From: Eledone cirrhosa
Lineage: Eukaryota
DNA length: 64,000 nt
NCBI GenBank assembly: GCA_964016885.1
Contig: OZ024762.1
Location: 17,484,001-17,548,000 of the forward strand
Direction of reading: 5' to 3'
In this document: piece after piece, positions 37,127 to 51,632 of the stretch
Position numbering within the stretch: position 1 is the stretch's first letter
Layout of the letters: the number at the start of each line of letters is the position of its first letter
Program-made: the position numbers and the translations under genes
The notes under the pieces: model-generated
Seen by the model: the letters and a program-made list of their open reading frames with translations, nothing else
Told to the model about the DNA's origin: nothing
Database searches by the model: none

Positions 37127-37821
37127 GCACAGATATATATACATTTAAATATATATATATATATACACGCGCGCACACACCTATACGTAGATATGGGTGT
37201 GTGTATAGCTGGTATATATATATATGTATGGGTGAGTGTATAGCTGGTATATATATATATATATATATATATAGGTGTGTGTCCTTCTTTCTGCTGTTTT
37301 CCGTTTTTCGCTGCTATTTCTAAAGTGTCCATACATGCTAGAAATAGCAGTTAAATACACCAAACAAACTGCACACCCGCAACATTTTTGCCTCGATTTT
37401 TGCGATTAAGTAAGACAAGAGTTATCTTTCTTGGCAAATTGTTAAAAAACTTTTGCCTGATTTTAAGCCAAAGTTTTTTAATGGCTGCCACTTCCGGTTT
37501 TTGTTGTGCGTCTACAGGACTGCAGTAAACCTGCTAGAAACAGCAGTCATAGCAACACACTCACATATATTTATATATGAGGGATTCTCAACGTGGGGTG
37601 CACGCCCCACAGGGGATAATTTGAATATAATAGGGGTCAATTTGAAAGTGATATAATACGACCAAGCTTCCAGATACACTTCGTATACACATGTTATCGT
37701 GTATCTGGCAGCACCTAGGAGAAGTTTGTTGACATTTTGAAGTTTGTTTTGATCATCGATGCATCGCAGCTTTGTTTAAATAAGGGGTTTCTACTTTATA
37801 TTACAGTAATAAATGTTTTAC
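36525..37821. repeat. Long inverted repeat, unit 5 copy
   Basis: Homologous to the unit 3 copy. Confidence 0.95.
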
Positions 37822-37952
37822 TTCGTCTACACGTGTTATCGTGTATCCGGCAGCACCTATGGGCTGTTTGTTTCCATTTTGGTGTTTAATTTGATCATCG
37901 CTTCAAAGCAGGTTTGTTTAATTAAAGGTTGCGAGGGGGATCACTGATATAA

Positions 37953-38066
<114 letters not shown>

Positions 38067-38149
38067 CAAAGACACACATATATATACATACACGCAGACA
38101 TACACCTGTGTGTATGTGTATGTGCGTGTGTGCGTGTCTTTGGCTGCTC

Positions 38150-38192
<43 letters not shown>

Positions 38193-38298
38193 ATATATAC
38201 AGACACACACTGTTGTTTCCTGATTTTTAGTGCTGTTTCTAAAGTCTCTATTAATATATGCTAGAAATAGCAGCCAAGGGAACATTTACGTATATATA

Positions 38299-38702
38299 TG
38301 TAAGGGCAGTGACACCTGCTGCAACAACCATCCAACCTCGTGGGACTTCATCCTCAGACGGGCCACAGACACTCCGATGTTGCGGAGGAGCTCGGCTGTA
38401 ATGGGTCCAAGTAGGCCTGGGGTCTCGACAGCGGCTGGTGCGTAGAAGAGGCTCCAGGACAAACACCGGAATTTGCTTATTTTATGTTCATCTGCGAGAC
38501 GGGCAGCGATGCTGGGGTTTGTGGATCTACCTCCTTCGAATGGGAAGAGGGTGATTCCCTCGGGGTGCTTGCCATCTCCGCGGCCTAGGCCTGCTCGCTC
38601 CTGTTGAGATGGAAAGTCAGCTGCGTCTAGGCTTCTTCTCATTATGTCGTTGAGAGCATTTATGTGGCTCACACACGCGGAGGCCAAGGCGTTGGGCTAC
38701 TC
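38299..38702 (-). mobile_element. CRE fragment 1, unit 5
   Basis: ORF 38286..38687. Confidence 0.82.
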
Positions 38703-39837
38703 CGATGCGAGTTCACACATCATCAAGAATTTATTTGAATTGAAAGGTCACTAAACTAATATAGGAGTGTGATTTAAAAATAAGGTAAACAGAAATAGTT
38801 ACACCGGTAACATAATTACTGTTACACCGGTAGTTCACTAACAAATCATTTCACGTTCGTCTCTAACAGGTAATGTTTTAATTTGCTCTCCATGTTTGGG
38901 AGTAACTGTAGTTTGGCTTGCTAGGGGTCATACATCTTCATACACACACACATACTATATATATATACATATGCATATATATAATTATATGTAAAGTCAG
39001 CTCCGTATTTAGTACAAATGAGGCCTGTTCTAGTTATGAGGCCCCTTTCTTGGGCTCAGTAGGATGTAGGCTTGTTAAAATAATTCTTTTGGTAGGAAGA
39101 TGGGCCCTTCTGTGTAGATTCCTTCCTTAATATTTCAGATAGGAGGGACCGTTTCTGTTGTCTTCCTTTAGTTGTTCATTCCTTATTTTCAGTAATGTCC
39201 TTTCCGACCATAATTATGTCGGCGACGTAAGCATAAGTCTAATTTATTCTTTAATGAAGGGTAGATCCTTCGATAGTGGAGGCCCGTGGTCTTACGATCG
39301 TATGTGTATTCGATTCCTGGACTGTGTTGTTAGTTGTTTTACTTGAGCAAAAACTTCATTTCACATAGGTGGGGGGTTAACCCTGCGATCGACTGACATC
39401 ATGTCCAGGGGGAAGTCATGTACTCTCAGTCCCTTTACGCTACAGGAACTGGGACAGGCACCTGCTTGATAAGTCTCCAGGCTTGAGCTGACTTTACACT
39501 TTGGAAATCCTTAGATATTCTTCTTGGTGATATATTTGTTAGCTTTGACTTTAATTCATCTGTTTACACCACTAATAATTCATAGATAGAAAAACGTTTG
39601 TGGCTTTAGTACACCTTTAGGCTTTAATTTCAATTACTGACTACGTCTAACGAAGTAATAACTGGAGCGACTAAACCAGGGTTTCCTAACCTGGTGATAT
39701 CAACCACCGGTGGCTGATTTCAACTTGGTCGCTTCGGCCACAAACCCGGGTACCGCGGCCCACGAAGGAAAGGAAGATAAACAAATATCAGAGGATTGTC
39801 CGGCTTCTTCCACTTGGCACCTGTAGCCACCATGACG

Positions 39838-39874
<37 letters not shown>

Positions 39875-39896
39875 CTATCTATCTATCTATATATAT

Positions 39897-42176
39897 ATCA
39901 TCATTTTCATTTTACGTCTGCTTTTCCCTGTTTGCAAGGGTGGGACATATATATATATATATATCATCCTCATTATACATCCACTTTTCCCTGCTTATAA
40001 GGGTGGGACAGATCCTCTTCAGCGCAGCATCTCTCCTTCACCATCTCCTCTGAGCTTCAACGATCTGAGGTCAGCTCTCACTACCTCTGCCCATATCTTC
40101 CTTGGTCTTCCTCTACTGCATATTCCTCCCACTGGGATTACTTGGCACTTCTTCACCCTGCGGTAATCCTGCATACACATCGCATGGCCATATCAACGCA
40201 GTCTTTTCTCCCGCACATTGCAGTTTATCCTTCTTATAGAGTATCACTCTCAACTCGTCCATACTTGGTCTTTCACTCACATTGACATTGCACATCCAAT
40301 GGAGCATGCTTGCTTCATTTCTCTTCAGCCTTTGCATATCCTCTGCAGTTGCTGCCCATGTCTCACTACCATGCAACATTGCAACATTGTGCATCTCACA
40401 CAGGCATCAAACAACCAACCTTTTGTATGCAGGGAGAAACCCTTCTTTGTCACCAGAGGAAGCAGCTCCCTAAACGTCTTCCAGCCTGTCCTTATTCTAG
40501 ATACTATGGCCTCGGAAACCCCCCCCCCCCTCTCCCATACTAATCTGATCACCTAGGTACTGAAGCTATCTACCACTTTTATAGAACCTACTTGCATTTG
40601 AAAAATGTGTCTCAATGCGACTTCTACTGTCAAATTTCCCTGTACATCTACTGCATACGTAGTTTTCCCTACCTGTTAGTTTGCCTGCTATCCCACTACA
40701 TCTCGTGTGTACCCAAGATCTGCATTGTGTACATTTTATAGAATGTATGCCAATTCCTTTTCTGCATATCGAACATGACCATCAGAGTTTTGTCCTTTTT
40801 TCTACTTATCAACACTTTTGTTTTAGCTAGCTTCACTCTCAGTCCTCTTAAGTCCAACTGCTGTTTCCATAGCCAGAATTTATTCTCTAGCTCCTCTACT
40901 GATTCTGCTATAAAAACCAGATTGTCAGTATAGAGAAGTTCCAATGGGCAGCTAGTCTTAAACTCTTCTGTTATGGCTTGGAGGACTATAATGAACAAGA
41001 GCGGGCTGAGGACCGAACTCTGATGGACTCCTCCTTGTATCTGGAATTCCTCACTAAACTCCATTCCTACCCTCACTTTACAGACAGCACCTCTGTACAA
41101 AGCTTGCACTGTCCTCACAAGCCATTCCTCAACACCTAGTTTCCTTAGGGATCACCAGATGACAGATTGGGGTACACTATCAAAGGCTTTCTCTAGGTCA
41201 ACAAAAGCTAAGTATAATGGCTTATTCTTCTCAAAGAACCTCTCTTGTAGTTGTCTCACTAAGAAGAGGGCATCAGTTGTACTTTTCCCAGGCACAAAAC
41301 CAAACTGCATCTCATCTAGTTTGACTCTTTCTCTAATTAGTTGCTCTAATATCCTTTCTGCCACTTTCATAACCTGATCCATCAGTTTTCTGCCTCTATA
41401 ATTGATCCGCTCCAGAGCATCCCCTTTACCTTTGTAGCAATTTATGAGAATACTGCTGCACCAGTCTTTGGGTATGACTCCGCCATATATAGCTTGATTG
41501 ATTATGCTTGCAACCAGTTTAGTACCTACTTCTCCTCATGCCTTCAGCATCTCAGCAACTATCCCTGATGGTCCAGCTGCCTTACCATTTTTCCTTTCTT
41601 TAATTGCCTCTTTGACCCTATAGTCATCAATCTCAATAGCTGGTCCCTCTGTTGGGTCAAATGTGGGTAGTTTCTCTCTCTCCCATTCATTCTCCACATT
41701 CATCAGCCTCTCATAATGGCATTTCCAGGCCTCCTTTTTCTGATCATTATTGACACTGCGTACACCAGCATCATTCCGGACACATTTATCTCCAACAACA
41801 TCCCGATTTATACTGACACACTGGCTTGCAATGCGGAACACCGCACGTCTTTGATCTTCCCGTCACAGAACATTGGCAACCCTCCTATTCTCAGCCTCCC
41901 TGCGTGCTAAGTACACCTGACGTCTAGCTTCTTTCTTAGCGGCTGTGCATCGGTCTCTACTCCCACCATTTATTCAAGTGTTCCATGCTAGTCTTTTGTC
42001 TCTAATGGCCTTATCTACCGTGTTGTCCCACCACCAGGTCACTCTCTGTCTGGTCGGAGCTCTGCTCCAGCCACAAGTGTCTTCAGCAGCCTGCAGTAAG
42101 TTGTCACATAAGAAATTCCAGTTATCTATGTCATACGATTCTAAAACAGCTTCTTTCTCGTCATACACATCTTGAA
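39897..42176 (-). mobile_element. RTE-clade LINE, degenerate reverse transcriptase (unit 5)
   Basis: ORFs from 40113 to 42168 carry the same RT motifs as unit 3. Confidence 0.95.
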
Positions 42177-42180
42177 GGGC

Positions 42181-42336
42181 TTAACCCCTTAGCATTTAAA
42201 CCAGCTGTAACCGGCCAGAATTCTCTCACCTCTTTCTGTTCAAACCAGCCCTAATTAACCACTCATACTGATGTTAAAGTATTGTTCTGAAAATAAATAA
42301 TATCGAAATCTCATAGATTCGATATTATGTGAGATA
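42181..42336 (+). mobile_element. piggyBac-type MITE end, unit 5
   Basis: Homologous to 22535-22690. Confidence 0.6.
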
Positions 42337-43282
42337 AAGCCTTTACTGTGAAAATACAATAGTATATATAGAGTAATGTGAACATCGCCCTCTTTCACTA
42401 AACAATGAAACTATATAAAAAGACTAGGAGATAACTCGTGTGGCGCTATAGAGAGGAGTGTAAGATTCGAACTAACTGAGCTACGGAATTAAAAGGAAAA
42501 TCGCGCTTAAAATAAAGTTTATAAACACAAACCAAATTTTATGTGACTCCATTTTGTTTGTTATTGTTTCTTTCACTGTTTTACTTATTTCTTATTTCTT
42601 ATTAAATTACACTTAATTAATTCCATTAAATATTTATTCTTGCTCATATTAAATTACTGTATCTTTATTCATGTCATTGTTGCAACTTTTATTTCTACAT
42701 CTTTCATTTATACCGACTGTTACACCGGTCGTATAATTATTTTATAACACCGCTATATTACCTACATGAAAGAGGTAAATATTTATTTCTCTTGTCTTCT
42801 TAAATGTATAGAACATGTTTCTTATATATATTCTTAACATAGCTAGGACCGTATATTATTTACTAGTCTCTACTCCTAGGACTTTGCTGGTCTCATGTCC
42901 CCTCCATCAACACACGCTCGGTAGAAAGCTGGTCTTCGGAGGTAAAGTGGCCCCGATTACAGGTCTAGTATTGAAGCCTTTCGGCTTGAGCCTTGCTGAT
43001 GTCGACAGAGTTCCTGTGGTAGTTTTGGTAGCACAGGTGACATTTTATTGTGTTTAGGTACCGGCTAGTGCGGACACAGAGAGCACAACCAGGTGGTGAG
43101 CTGGCAACGACCAAGTGTAGAGGGCCAGCTTTGAAATTCGAGCGACGGAGTGAACTACTAAAAGAGGCAGGGTAAGCACCCTTTTGTTCTAAAGGTGGGA
43201 CTAGAACGGAGGTTGGGTGGTGCTGGGGGTGGGCTAACAGCTAACAGTTGTAGGAGTGGTGGGGGTTTGGTAGGATTAATTT

Positions 43283-45705
43283 TTACATCTGTCTGTGAAC
43301 TCTTGAAAAAGCAACATACAATTGTCCAGGGTTAAATACTTGCTCAGGGAGGAACAGACCCACTTTATCATGTATTTGACCATGGTTCTTGTTGATTGTC
43401 ATGGCATATGACAGTCTTAATGGAAACTGGGGTCTTTCCAAAGTAAAAGGGATGTTGGCACCACTGGGAGCTAACTTCAGTCTTGGGATCAAAACACACC
43501 TGCCCATCAAAGGACCATAGATATGAGAAGCTTTGATAAAATGTTTATGCAGTTCCACTACTTCTAATCTTGTGCCATTACATAATCTGTTCTGGATTGA
43601 AATATTCCATAGAAGCATTTTTATTGATCCTGCTTTTAATTGGAGTTTGTGAGGCGGCATCCCAGAAGGTGTAAGCAAGTTCAGAAGTTCATTTAGCTTG
43701 AACCAGGCAGCAAGGGTAGTGTCTCGGTGTCCCTGTATTTCTACTGCAACCTGAGCATTGCCTCTTTGAAAGTAAACTCTGTTTGTTCTCCAGGTGTGTG
43801 TCTAGTTTGTATACTGTATGTGATGTACCATGAAGCTTAAATTCCGAGAGACCCGACACTGCTTCTGGCTGAGACACATACCTGCAACAAAGATAGGTTC
43901 TTATTTCATCATGGTTGTGTTGGTTCTGAGCCTTATTAGGTAATGCATTATTCGTTACTTCTATAGTTGTACAATCATGCCCCATGTAACATATTTAAAG
44001 AGGTACTTGACACTTTTTACAGAAGTGCAAGCTTCAACATTAATATGTGCACAATATTTCTTAAGCAAAAAGGCATTAAATGGCACAACCTTCCTGTTAT
44101 CTACTGAATGTCATCCAATTTACACTGCAGTTCCTGTACTCTGGGTATCCATTTAGGTTCAATAATGTTTCCCTTCTGTAGGTTTATGGATAGTTCTTTT
44201 GGAAAAATCCATTTTGTATAAATGGGGAAAAAGGGTTTCCAGAACCACATGACCCGTGGATCATAAACTTTTAATCCTGCTCATGTAGTACTGGATCATC
44301 TTCCAATGCAGGTATTTCTGCTGACACGATTCTGTCAATGTCTTCTCACTTTCTTATCTTGTCTTCATTTCTTAAGGCTCAGTGTTATCATCTGTTTAGA
44401 TAATTCATTAAACCATTATACTCATCCACTCACAATTGGGCTTGATTGTTCCTCAAATATTGAAGCCTGCATCCCTCTACTTTCATATAAGCATCCACTA
44501 AATACTGCTAAAATAATTTACCTGCCCTATATATCGCACTAAATCCTCCTCTATATGCTATACAGTATATGTAATACTCCTGCATTGTCAGTCTATTGCA
44601 AACACAGGTCCTGCATTCCTCTCCATGTCACTATGCCACCAAAATTCACCATTATGGGTCGGTCATGAATTATGTGGTATTTTCTGAGGAGGATGGTCTT
44701 TAGGAAAGATGATAATATCTCTTTGTACAGGTGGTGTGCCCTCAATCCCCCACAAAACAACAGCTATCATTACTAGTTGGTAAATTATCGCAGCTCATAT
44801 CTGATCCTCTTTTAAATCTTAATTCACAGTTCTGTACACGACAATTTCCTCTTCTTGCACTTTGCTGTTTGATGCCATGCATTGTATTGAACACTTCGAC
44901 ATATGGATTACATTCATGCAACACCTCTCTTATCATAGTCATTTTTTGTGGTGAGCAGTCATTATTTGTTGGCACTAGGGCAGTGGATTGGCAGTATCGG
45001 TAGAGCGTCAGACACCATGCTTTGCAGCATAGGGTTATGGCCCATTACGTTCTGGGTCCAAATCCCTCCAAGGTTGACTTTGTTTTCATCCTTATGAGGT
45101 CCATAAATAAAGTACCAGTAATACACTGGAGTAATTGCTGACCTTGTGCCAGAAACAATTATTTGGTGGTACTTCCAATCTGTGCTACACAGCTTCATTC
45201 CCATCAATAATATATAACTGGCCATATTGTGGTGTATTTTCTGCAGGTTACAGAGGTGGGGGTGTAGTGATATGTTTGACCCTGAATATGAAAGCTATAC
45301 GGGCCTCTGCCGGGTGGTAAGGCAAGTTTAACACGAAATGAAGTGAAATAAATGTAGTTTTAATTGCAGATGTTTCTGTGAAATCAACTGCTTCCTGGCC
45401 TCTTTCAAAGAGATTTCTCAGTCTCTCAGGGTATATTTGTAATGGAGGCATCACAACCTTTCCTTTATTACAACAGTTACAATTTTCATTTCTAAATTTC
45501 AAAGCTCCACAGTGATCACACGAAACATTCATATCACTAATATGAAATTCTTCTACATTTCCATTAATATTAATTGTTGGCCAATTTCTCTTACGACGCT
45601 CATTATCCATTCTTCTCTGTCTGAATGTTTTCCATTCTGTTGTTTATTATGTAATTAAATAGCTCTGTACAATACAGAGAGCGCTCTTCTTTTCTTTACC
45701 TTTTC
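43283..45705 (-). mobile_element. Helitron RepHel pseudogene, unit 5
   Basis: ORFs from 43283 to 45610. Confidence 0.94.
44977..45157 (+). mobile_element. SINE in Helitron, unit 5
   Basis: Homologous to 5667-5847. Confidence 0.85.
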
Positions 45706-45908
45706 TATGGAAATACAAGAACAAATATATATATATATATGTATATAAATAAACAAGACTGTTATTTCTCCAACCTGTCTATTTACCTTCGATAACTAAA
45801 TATAAATACACCTATACCATACATACATATACAATATTTGTTTTTGATGCCGTGGTATAGCAGAGATAAGCAAGAAGAGAAAAGAAAATGAAAAGGAGAA
45901 AAAAAAGA

Positions 45909-46214
45909 AGTAAGAAGTCGGGGGAGGGACAGACACTTCACCCCAGTCTAAGTGGTCCCTCAGCCGCAACTCGTGGAAGAAATGTAAAAGCGTTACCTCG
46001 GAGCAAGGCCAGAGACACCTGCTACAATAGTCGCCCTTCCTCACGAGGCTCCTGCCGTCTTTCCTCCCGACTTTATGGAGGAAATCAGCAGTACGGGGAC
46101 CAAGTATGGCAGAGGTCTCAATGGAGTGGAAGAAGTGAGTCAGGCCTCGGTACTATCTTACTCTCCTCTGCATTGCGGGGTGTGGAGCCCAGGTTTGTGG
46201 CTGTAGCTATATTT
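45909..46214 (-). mobile_element. CRE fragment 2, unit 5
   Basis: Homologous to 6600-6905. Confidence 0.75.
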
Positions 46215-47836
46215 GAACTTTTATATGAAATTTCAGTTTTATATTTTTCACATCTTAAAACTTAATCTTAGTCTTTTGCAGCTCATCTTGTTTCATCTCG
46301 CAGCACATGATTTGGGAACCACTGCTCTAGAGATAGAAAAAGTATATTTTATGCAGGGTTTCCCTGAGACATAAAAACTATTTCAAGAGATCGACATGGG
46401 TAGAAAGATTGAGAAATGCTGCACAATGTTCTTTGGGTTTTGTTCACCTTTAAATAATCATGTATAAAATATCGGGTGTGCAAGATTTCATGAAAAGGTA
46501 TAACATTATTTATGCTGATCTTGCAGGGACTAGCTCCAATTGAGAGTTGTACCAATTCCCACTAAACTCGAAACTCCTGGACAATATATACATATCTTTA
46601 TAAGTTCCTGTGTATTGTGTCGCTGTATAATGAAACATAAATATATACCATGCATGTCAGTCAGATTTGAACTCACTATATTTGGCGTTTTATAGATATA
46701 ATTTGTTTGTTAAAAGAATTGATTAAATAATAACTAAATAAAATTAATTCTACAATCCTGGATAGGGAATGAACTTATAACTTCATAATAGAAACCATCT
46801 ATTCGAGCAGTATTGCCACCAGGTTACTTACAGAACTTCATTCAAATATAAAGTATAAAATATATGTCAGACAGTGAGTTCGAATCTAACTGATTAGTTG
46901 CCAACCGGTAGGTGATATCGACTAGGTTGGGAAAACTTGGTTAAGTAGCTCCAGTTATTGCTACGTTAGACATATTCAAGACTTATCGAGACCGAATGGA
47001 AGAAAGGTAAAGTTGAAATCAGAGTAAAGAACTGGAAAAATACTGCAAAGAATTCTATCGGATGTTCTAACAATTCTACCAAATTACCTTATGTATATAA
47101 ATTTATATCTGGAGATAAGAAGAAAACTGAAAGAAAGAAAAAAAAAAAAAAAATGAAACTTTATATGTAACCCAGGATTGAAACCGAAACCAGGACCTCC
47201 ACCATCTCTGGTATCACCCACCAGACCACCATGAAAGATACAAAAATCTGCTTTTTTAATATTTATAAGCCTACTTTCAATATTAAAGTAATTAACATGT
47301 GGTGTTGTTCATGCCTTTCTCTATGTTATTGGTAAAAAATAAAGTATTTAAACCTCAAATTTTGTTATTCAAATATGCTTGCTTATGTAATTATTAATGT
47401 CGCAGAATACACACGCATATATAGATGTGAAAATATTCAGGACCCCAACGGCTGTGCTATTGCCGTTTCGACATCTATATATATATCTTTTAGTCCTAGG
47501 CTCTTTCAGCGCAGAAAGAATTCTCCAATGATTACAACCAGCTAATGGTGCCCAGTGGAAGCACTTTAGTCTAATTATAACCCCAACGATCACGACTAGC
47601 GGCGGCTTTTTCAAGTCTGAGGTTGACTGCCAGATATATATATATATATATTGTTATACTTTGCTAGAATCCCGGAGAACAACAGAAAGATGCTGAGTTC
47701 AGAGTATAAAAAACAATAGAAAGAAGGGCATAAATAAATATATATCAGTGGTTTAAAACCTTCTCTGCACCATGTCCCACCACGACATTTAAAATATGTT
47801 TATATCCCCCTTTAATATAAAAACAATCCGAGTCTT

Positions 47837-48572
47837 GTAAAAGTGTTATTACTGTAATATAAAGTAGAAACTGTTTATTTAAACAAAGCTGCGATGCAGC
47901 GATCATCAAAGCAAACCCCAAAATGTCAACAAACTTCTCGCAGGTGCTGCCAGATACACGATAACGTGTATACGAAGTGTAACAGGGAGTTGGGTCGTAT
48001 TATATCTCTTTCAAATTGACCCCTATTATATTCAAATTATCCCCTGTGGGGCGTGCACCCCACGTTGAGAATCCCTCATAAATAAATATATGTGAGTGTG
48101 TTGCTATGACTGCTATTTCTAGCAGGTTTATTGCAGTCCTGTAGACGCACACCAAAAACCGGAAGTGGCAGCCATTAAAAAACTTTGGCTTAAAATCAGG
48201 CAAAAGTTTTTTAACAATTTGCCAAGAAAGATAACTCTTGTCTTACTTAATCGCAAAAATCGAGGCAAAAATTTTGCGGGTGTGCAGTTTGTTTGGTGTA
48301 TTTGACTGCTTTTTCTAACATATATGGAAACTTTAGAAATAGCAGCGAAACACGGAAAACATAAGAAAGAAGGACACACACGTATATATATATATATTTA
48401 ATTATGTATCTGTATATATATATATATACATATATATATGCACAGATATATATACATTTAAATATTTATATATATATACACGCGCGCACACACACCTATA
48501 CGTAGATATGGGTGTGTGTATAGCTGGTATATATATATATATATATATATATGTATGGGTGAGTGTATAGCT

Positions 48573-48642
<70 letters not shown>

Positions 48643-49171
48643 GGTGTGTGTCCTTCTTTCTGCTGTCTTCCGTTTTTCGCTGCTATTTCTAAAGTGTCCA
48701 TACATGCTAGAATTAGCAGTCAAATACACCAAACAAACTGCACACCCGCAAAATTTTTGCCTCGATTTTTGCGATTAAGTAAGACAAGAGTTATCTTTCT
48801 TGGCAAATTGTTAAAAAACTTTTGCCTGATTTTAAGCCAAACTTTTTTAATGGCTGCCACTTCCGGTTTTTGTTGCGCGTCTACAGGACTGCAGTAAACC
48901 TGCTAGAAATAGCAGTCATGCAACACACTCACATATATTTATTTATGAGGGATTCTCAACGTGGGGTGCACGCCCCACAGGGGATAATTTGAATATAATA
49001 GGGGTCAACTTGAAAGTGATATAATACGACCAAGCTTCCAGATACACTTCGTATACACATGTTATCGTGTATCTGGCAGCACCTACGAGAAGTTTGTTTT
49101 GATCATCGCTGCATCGCAGCTTTGTTTAAATAAGGGGTTTCTACTTTATATTACAGTAATAAATGTTTTAC
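47837..49171. repeat. Long inverted repeat, unit 6 copy
   Basis: Homologous to 222-1543. Confidence 0.93.
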
Positions 49172-49302
49172 TTCGTCTACACATGTTATCGTGTATCCGG
49201 CAGCACCTATGGGCTGTTTGTTTACCGTTTGGTGTTTAATTTGATTATCGCTTCATAGCAGGTTTGTTTAATTAAAGGTTGCGAGGGGGATCACTGATAT
49301 AA

Positions 49303-49333
<31 letters not shown>

Positions 49334-49552
49334 ACGCAAAGACACACACATATATATACATACACCTGTGTGTATGTGTATGTGCGTGTCTTTGGTTGCT
49401 CTCTCTATATATATATCTCTCTCTCTCTCTCTTTCTCTCTGTGTATATATATACAGACACACACTGTTGTTTCCTAATTTTTAGTGCTGTCTCTAAAGTG
49501 TCTATTAATATATGCTAGAAATAGCAGTCAAGGGAACATTTACGTATATATA

Positions 49553-49958
49553 TGTAAGGGCAGTGACACCTGCTGCAACAACCATCCAACCTCGTGGGAC
49601 TCCATCCTCAGACGGGCCACAGACACTCCAATGTTGCGGAGGAGCTCGGCTGTAATGGGTCCAAGTTGACCTGGGGTCTCGACGGCGGCTGGTGCGTATA
49701 GAAGAGGCTCCAGGACAAACACCGGAATTTGTTTATTTTATGTTCATCTGCGAGACGGGCAGCGATGCTGGGATTTGTGGATCTACCTCCTTCGAATGGG
49801 AAGAGGGTGATTCCCTCGGGGTGCTTGCCATCTCCGCGGCCTAGGCCTGCTGGCTCCTGTTGAGATGGAAAGTCAGCTGCGTCTAGGCTTCTTCTCATTA
49901 TGTCGTTGAGAGCATTTATGTGGCTCACACACGCGGAGGCCAAGGCGTTGGGCTACTC
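49553..49958 (-). mobile_element. CRE fragment 1, unit 6
   Basis: ORFs 49540..49722 and 49608..49943. Confidence 0.8.
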
Positions 49959-51132
49959 CGATGCGAGTTCACTCATCATCAAGAATTTATTTGAATTGAA
50001 AGGTCACTAAACTAATATAGGAGTGTGATTTAAAAATAAGGTAAACAGAAATAGTTACACCGGTAACATAATTACTGTTACACCGGTAGTTCACTAACAA
50101 ATCATTTCACGTTCGTCTCTAACAGGTAATATTTTAATTTGCTCTCCATGTTTGGGAGTAACTGTAGTTTGGCTTGCTAGGGGTCATACATCTTCATACA
50201 CATACACACATACATATATACATATGCATATATATAATTATATGTAAATTCAGCTCCGTATTTAGGAAATGAGGCCTGTTCTAGTTACGAGGCCCCTTTC
50301 TTGGGCTCAGTAGGATGTAGGCTTGTTAAAATAATTCTTTCGGTAGGAAGATGGGCCCTTCTGTGTAGATTCCTTCCTTAATATTTCAGATAGGAGGGAC
50401 CGTTTCTGTTGTCTTCCTTTAGTTGTTCATTCCTTATTTTCAGTAATGTCCTTTCCGACCATAATTATGTCGGCGACGTAAGCATAAGTCTAATTTATTC
50501 TTTAATGAAGGGTAGATCCTTCGATAGTGGAGGCCCGTGGTCTTACGATCATATGTGTATTCGATTCCTGGACTGTGTTGTTAGTTGTTTTACTTGAGCA
50601 AAAACTTCATTTCACATAGGTGGGGGGTTAACCCTGCGATCGACTGACATCATGTCCAGGGGGAAGTCATGTACTCTCAGTCTCTTTACGCTACAGGAAC
50701 TGGGACAGGCACCTGCTTGAGCTGACTTTACACTTTGGAAATCCTTAGATATTCTTCTTGGTGATATATTTGTTAGCTTTGACTTTAATTCATCTGTTTA
50801 CACCACTAATAATTCATAGATAGAAAAACGTTTGTGGCTTTAGTACACCTTTAAGCTTTAATTTCAATTACTGACTATGTCTAACGAAGTAATAACTGGA
50901 GCGACTAAACCAGGGTTTCCTAACCTGGTGATATCCACCACCGGTGGCTGATTTCAACTTGGTCTCTTCGGCCACAAACCCAGGTACCGCGGCCCACGAA
51001 GGAAAGGAAGATAAACAAATATCAGAGGATTGTCCGGCTTCTTCCACTTGGCACCTGTAGCCACCATCACGTATAAGTATAAATATATATATATATATAT
51101 ATATACATATCTATCTATCTATCTATATATAT

Positions 51133-51632
51133 ATCATCATTTTCATTTTACATCTGCTTTTCCCTGTTTGCAAGGGTGGGACATATATATATATATATAT
51201 CATCCTCATTATACATCCACTTTTCCCTGCTTATAAGGGTGGGACAGATCCTCTTCAGCGCAGCATCTCTCCTTCACCATCTCCTCTGAGCTTCAACGAT
51301 CTGAGGTCAGCTCTCACTACCTCTGCCCATATCTTCCTTGGTCTTCCTCTACTGCATATTCCTCCCACTGGGATTACTTGGCACTTCTTCACCCTGCGGT
51401 AATCCTGCATACGCATCGCATGGCCATACCAACGCAGTCTTTTCTCCCGCACACTGCAGTTTATCCTTCTTATAGAGTTTCACTTTCAACTCGTCCATAC
51501 TTGGTCTTTCACGCACATTGACATTGCACATCCAATGGAGCATGCTTGCTTCATTTCTCTTCAGCCTTCGCATATCCTCTGCAGTTGCTGCCCATGTCTC
51601 ACTACCATGCAACATTGTGCATCTCACACAGG
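51133..51632 (-). mobile_element. RTE LINE 3' fragment, unit 6
   Basis: ORFs 51255..51452 and 51349..51627. Confidence 0.9.
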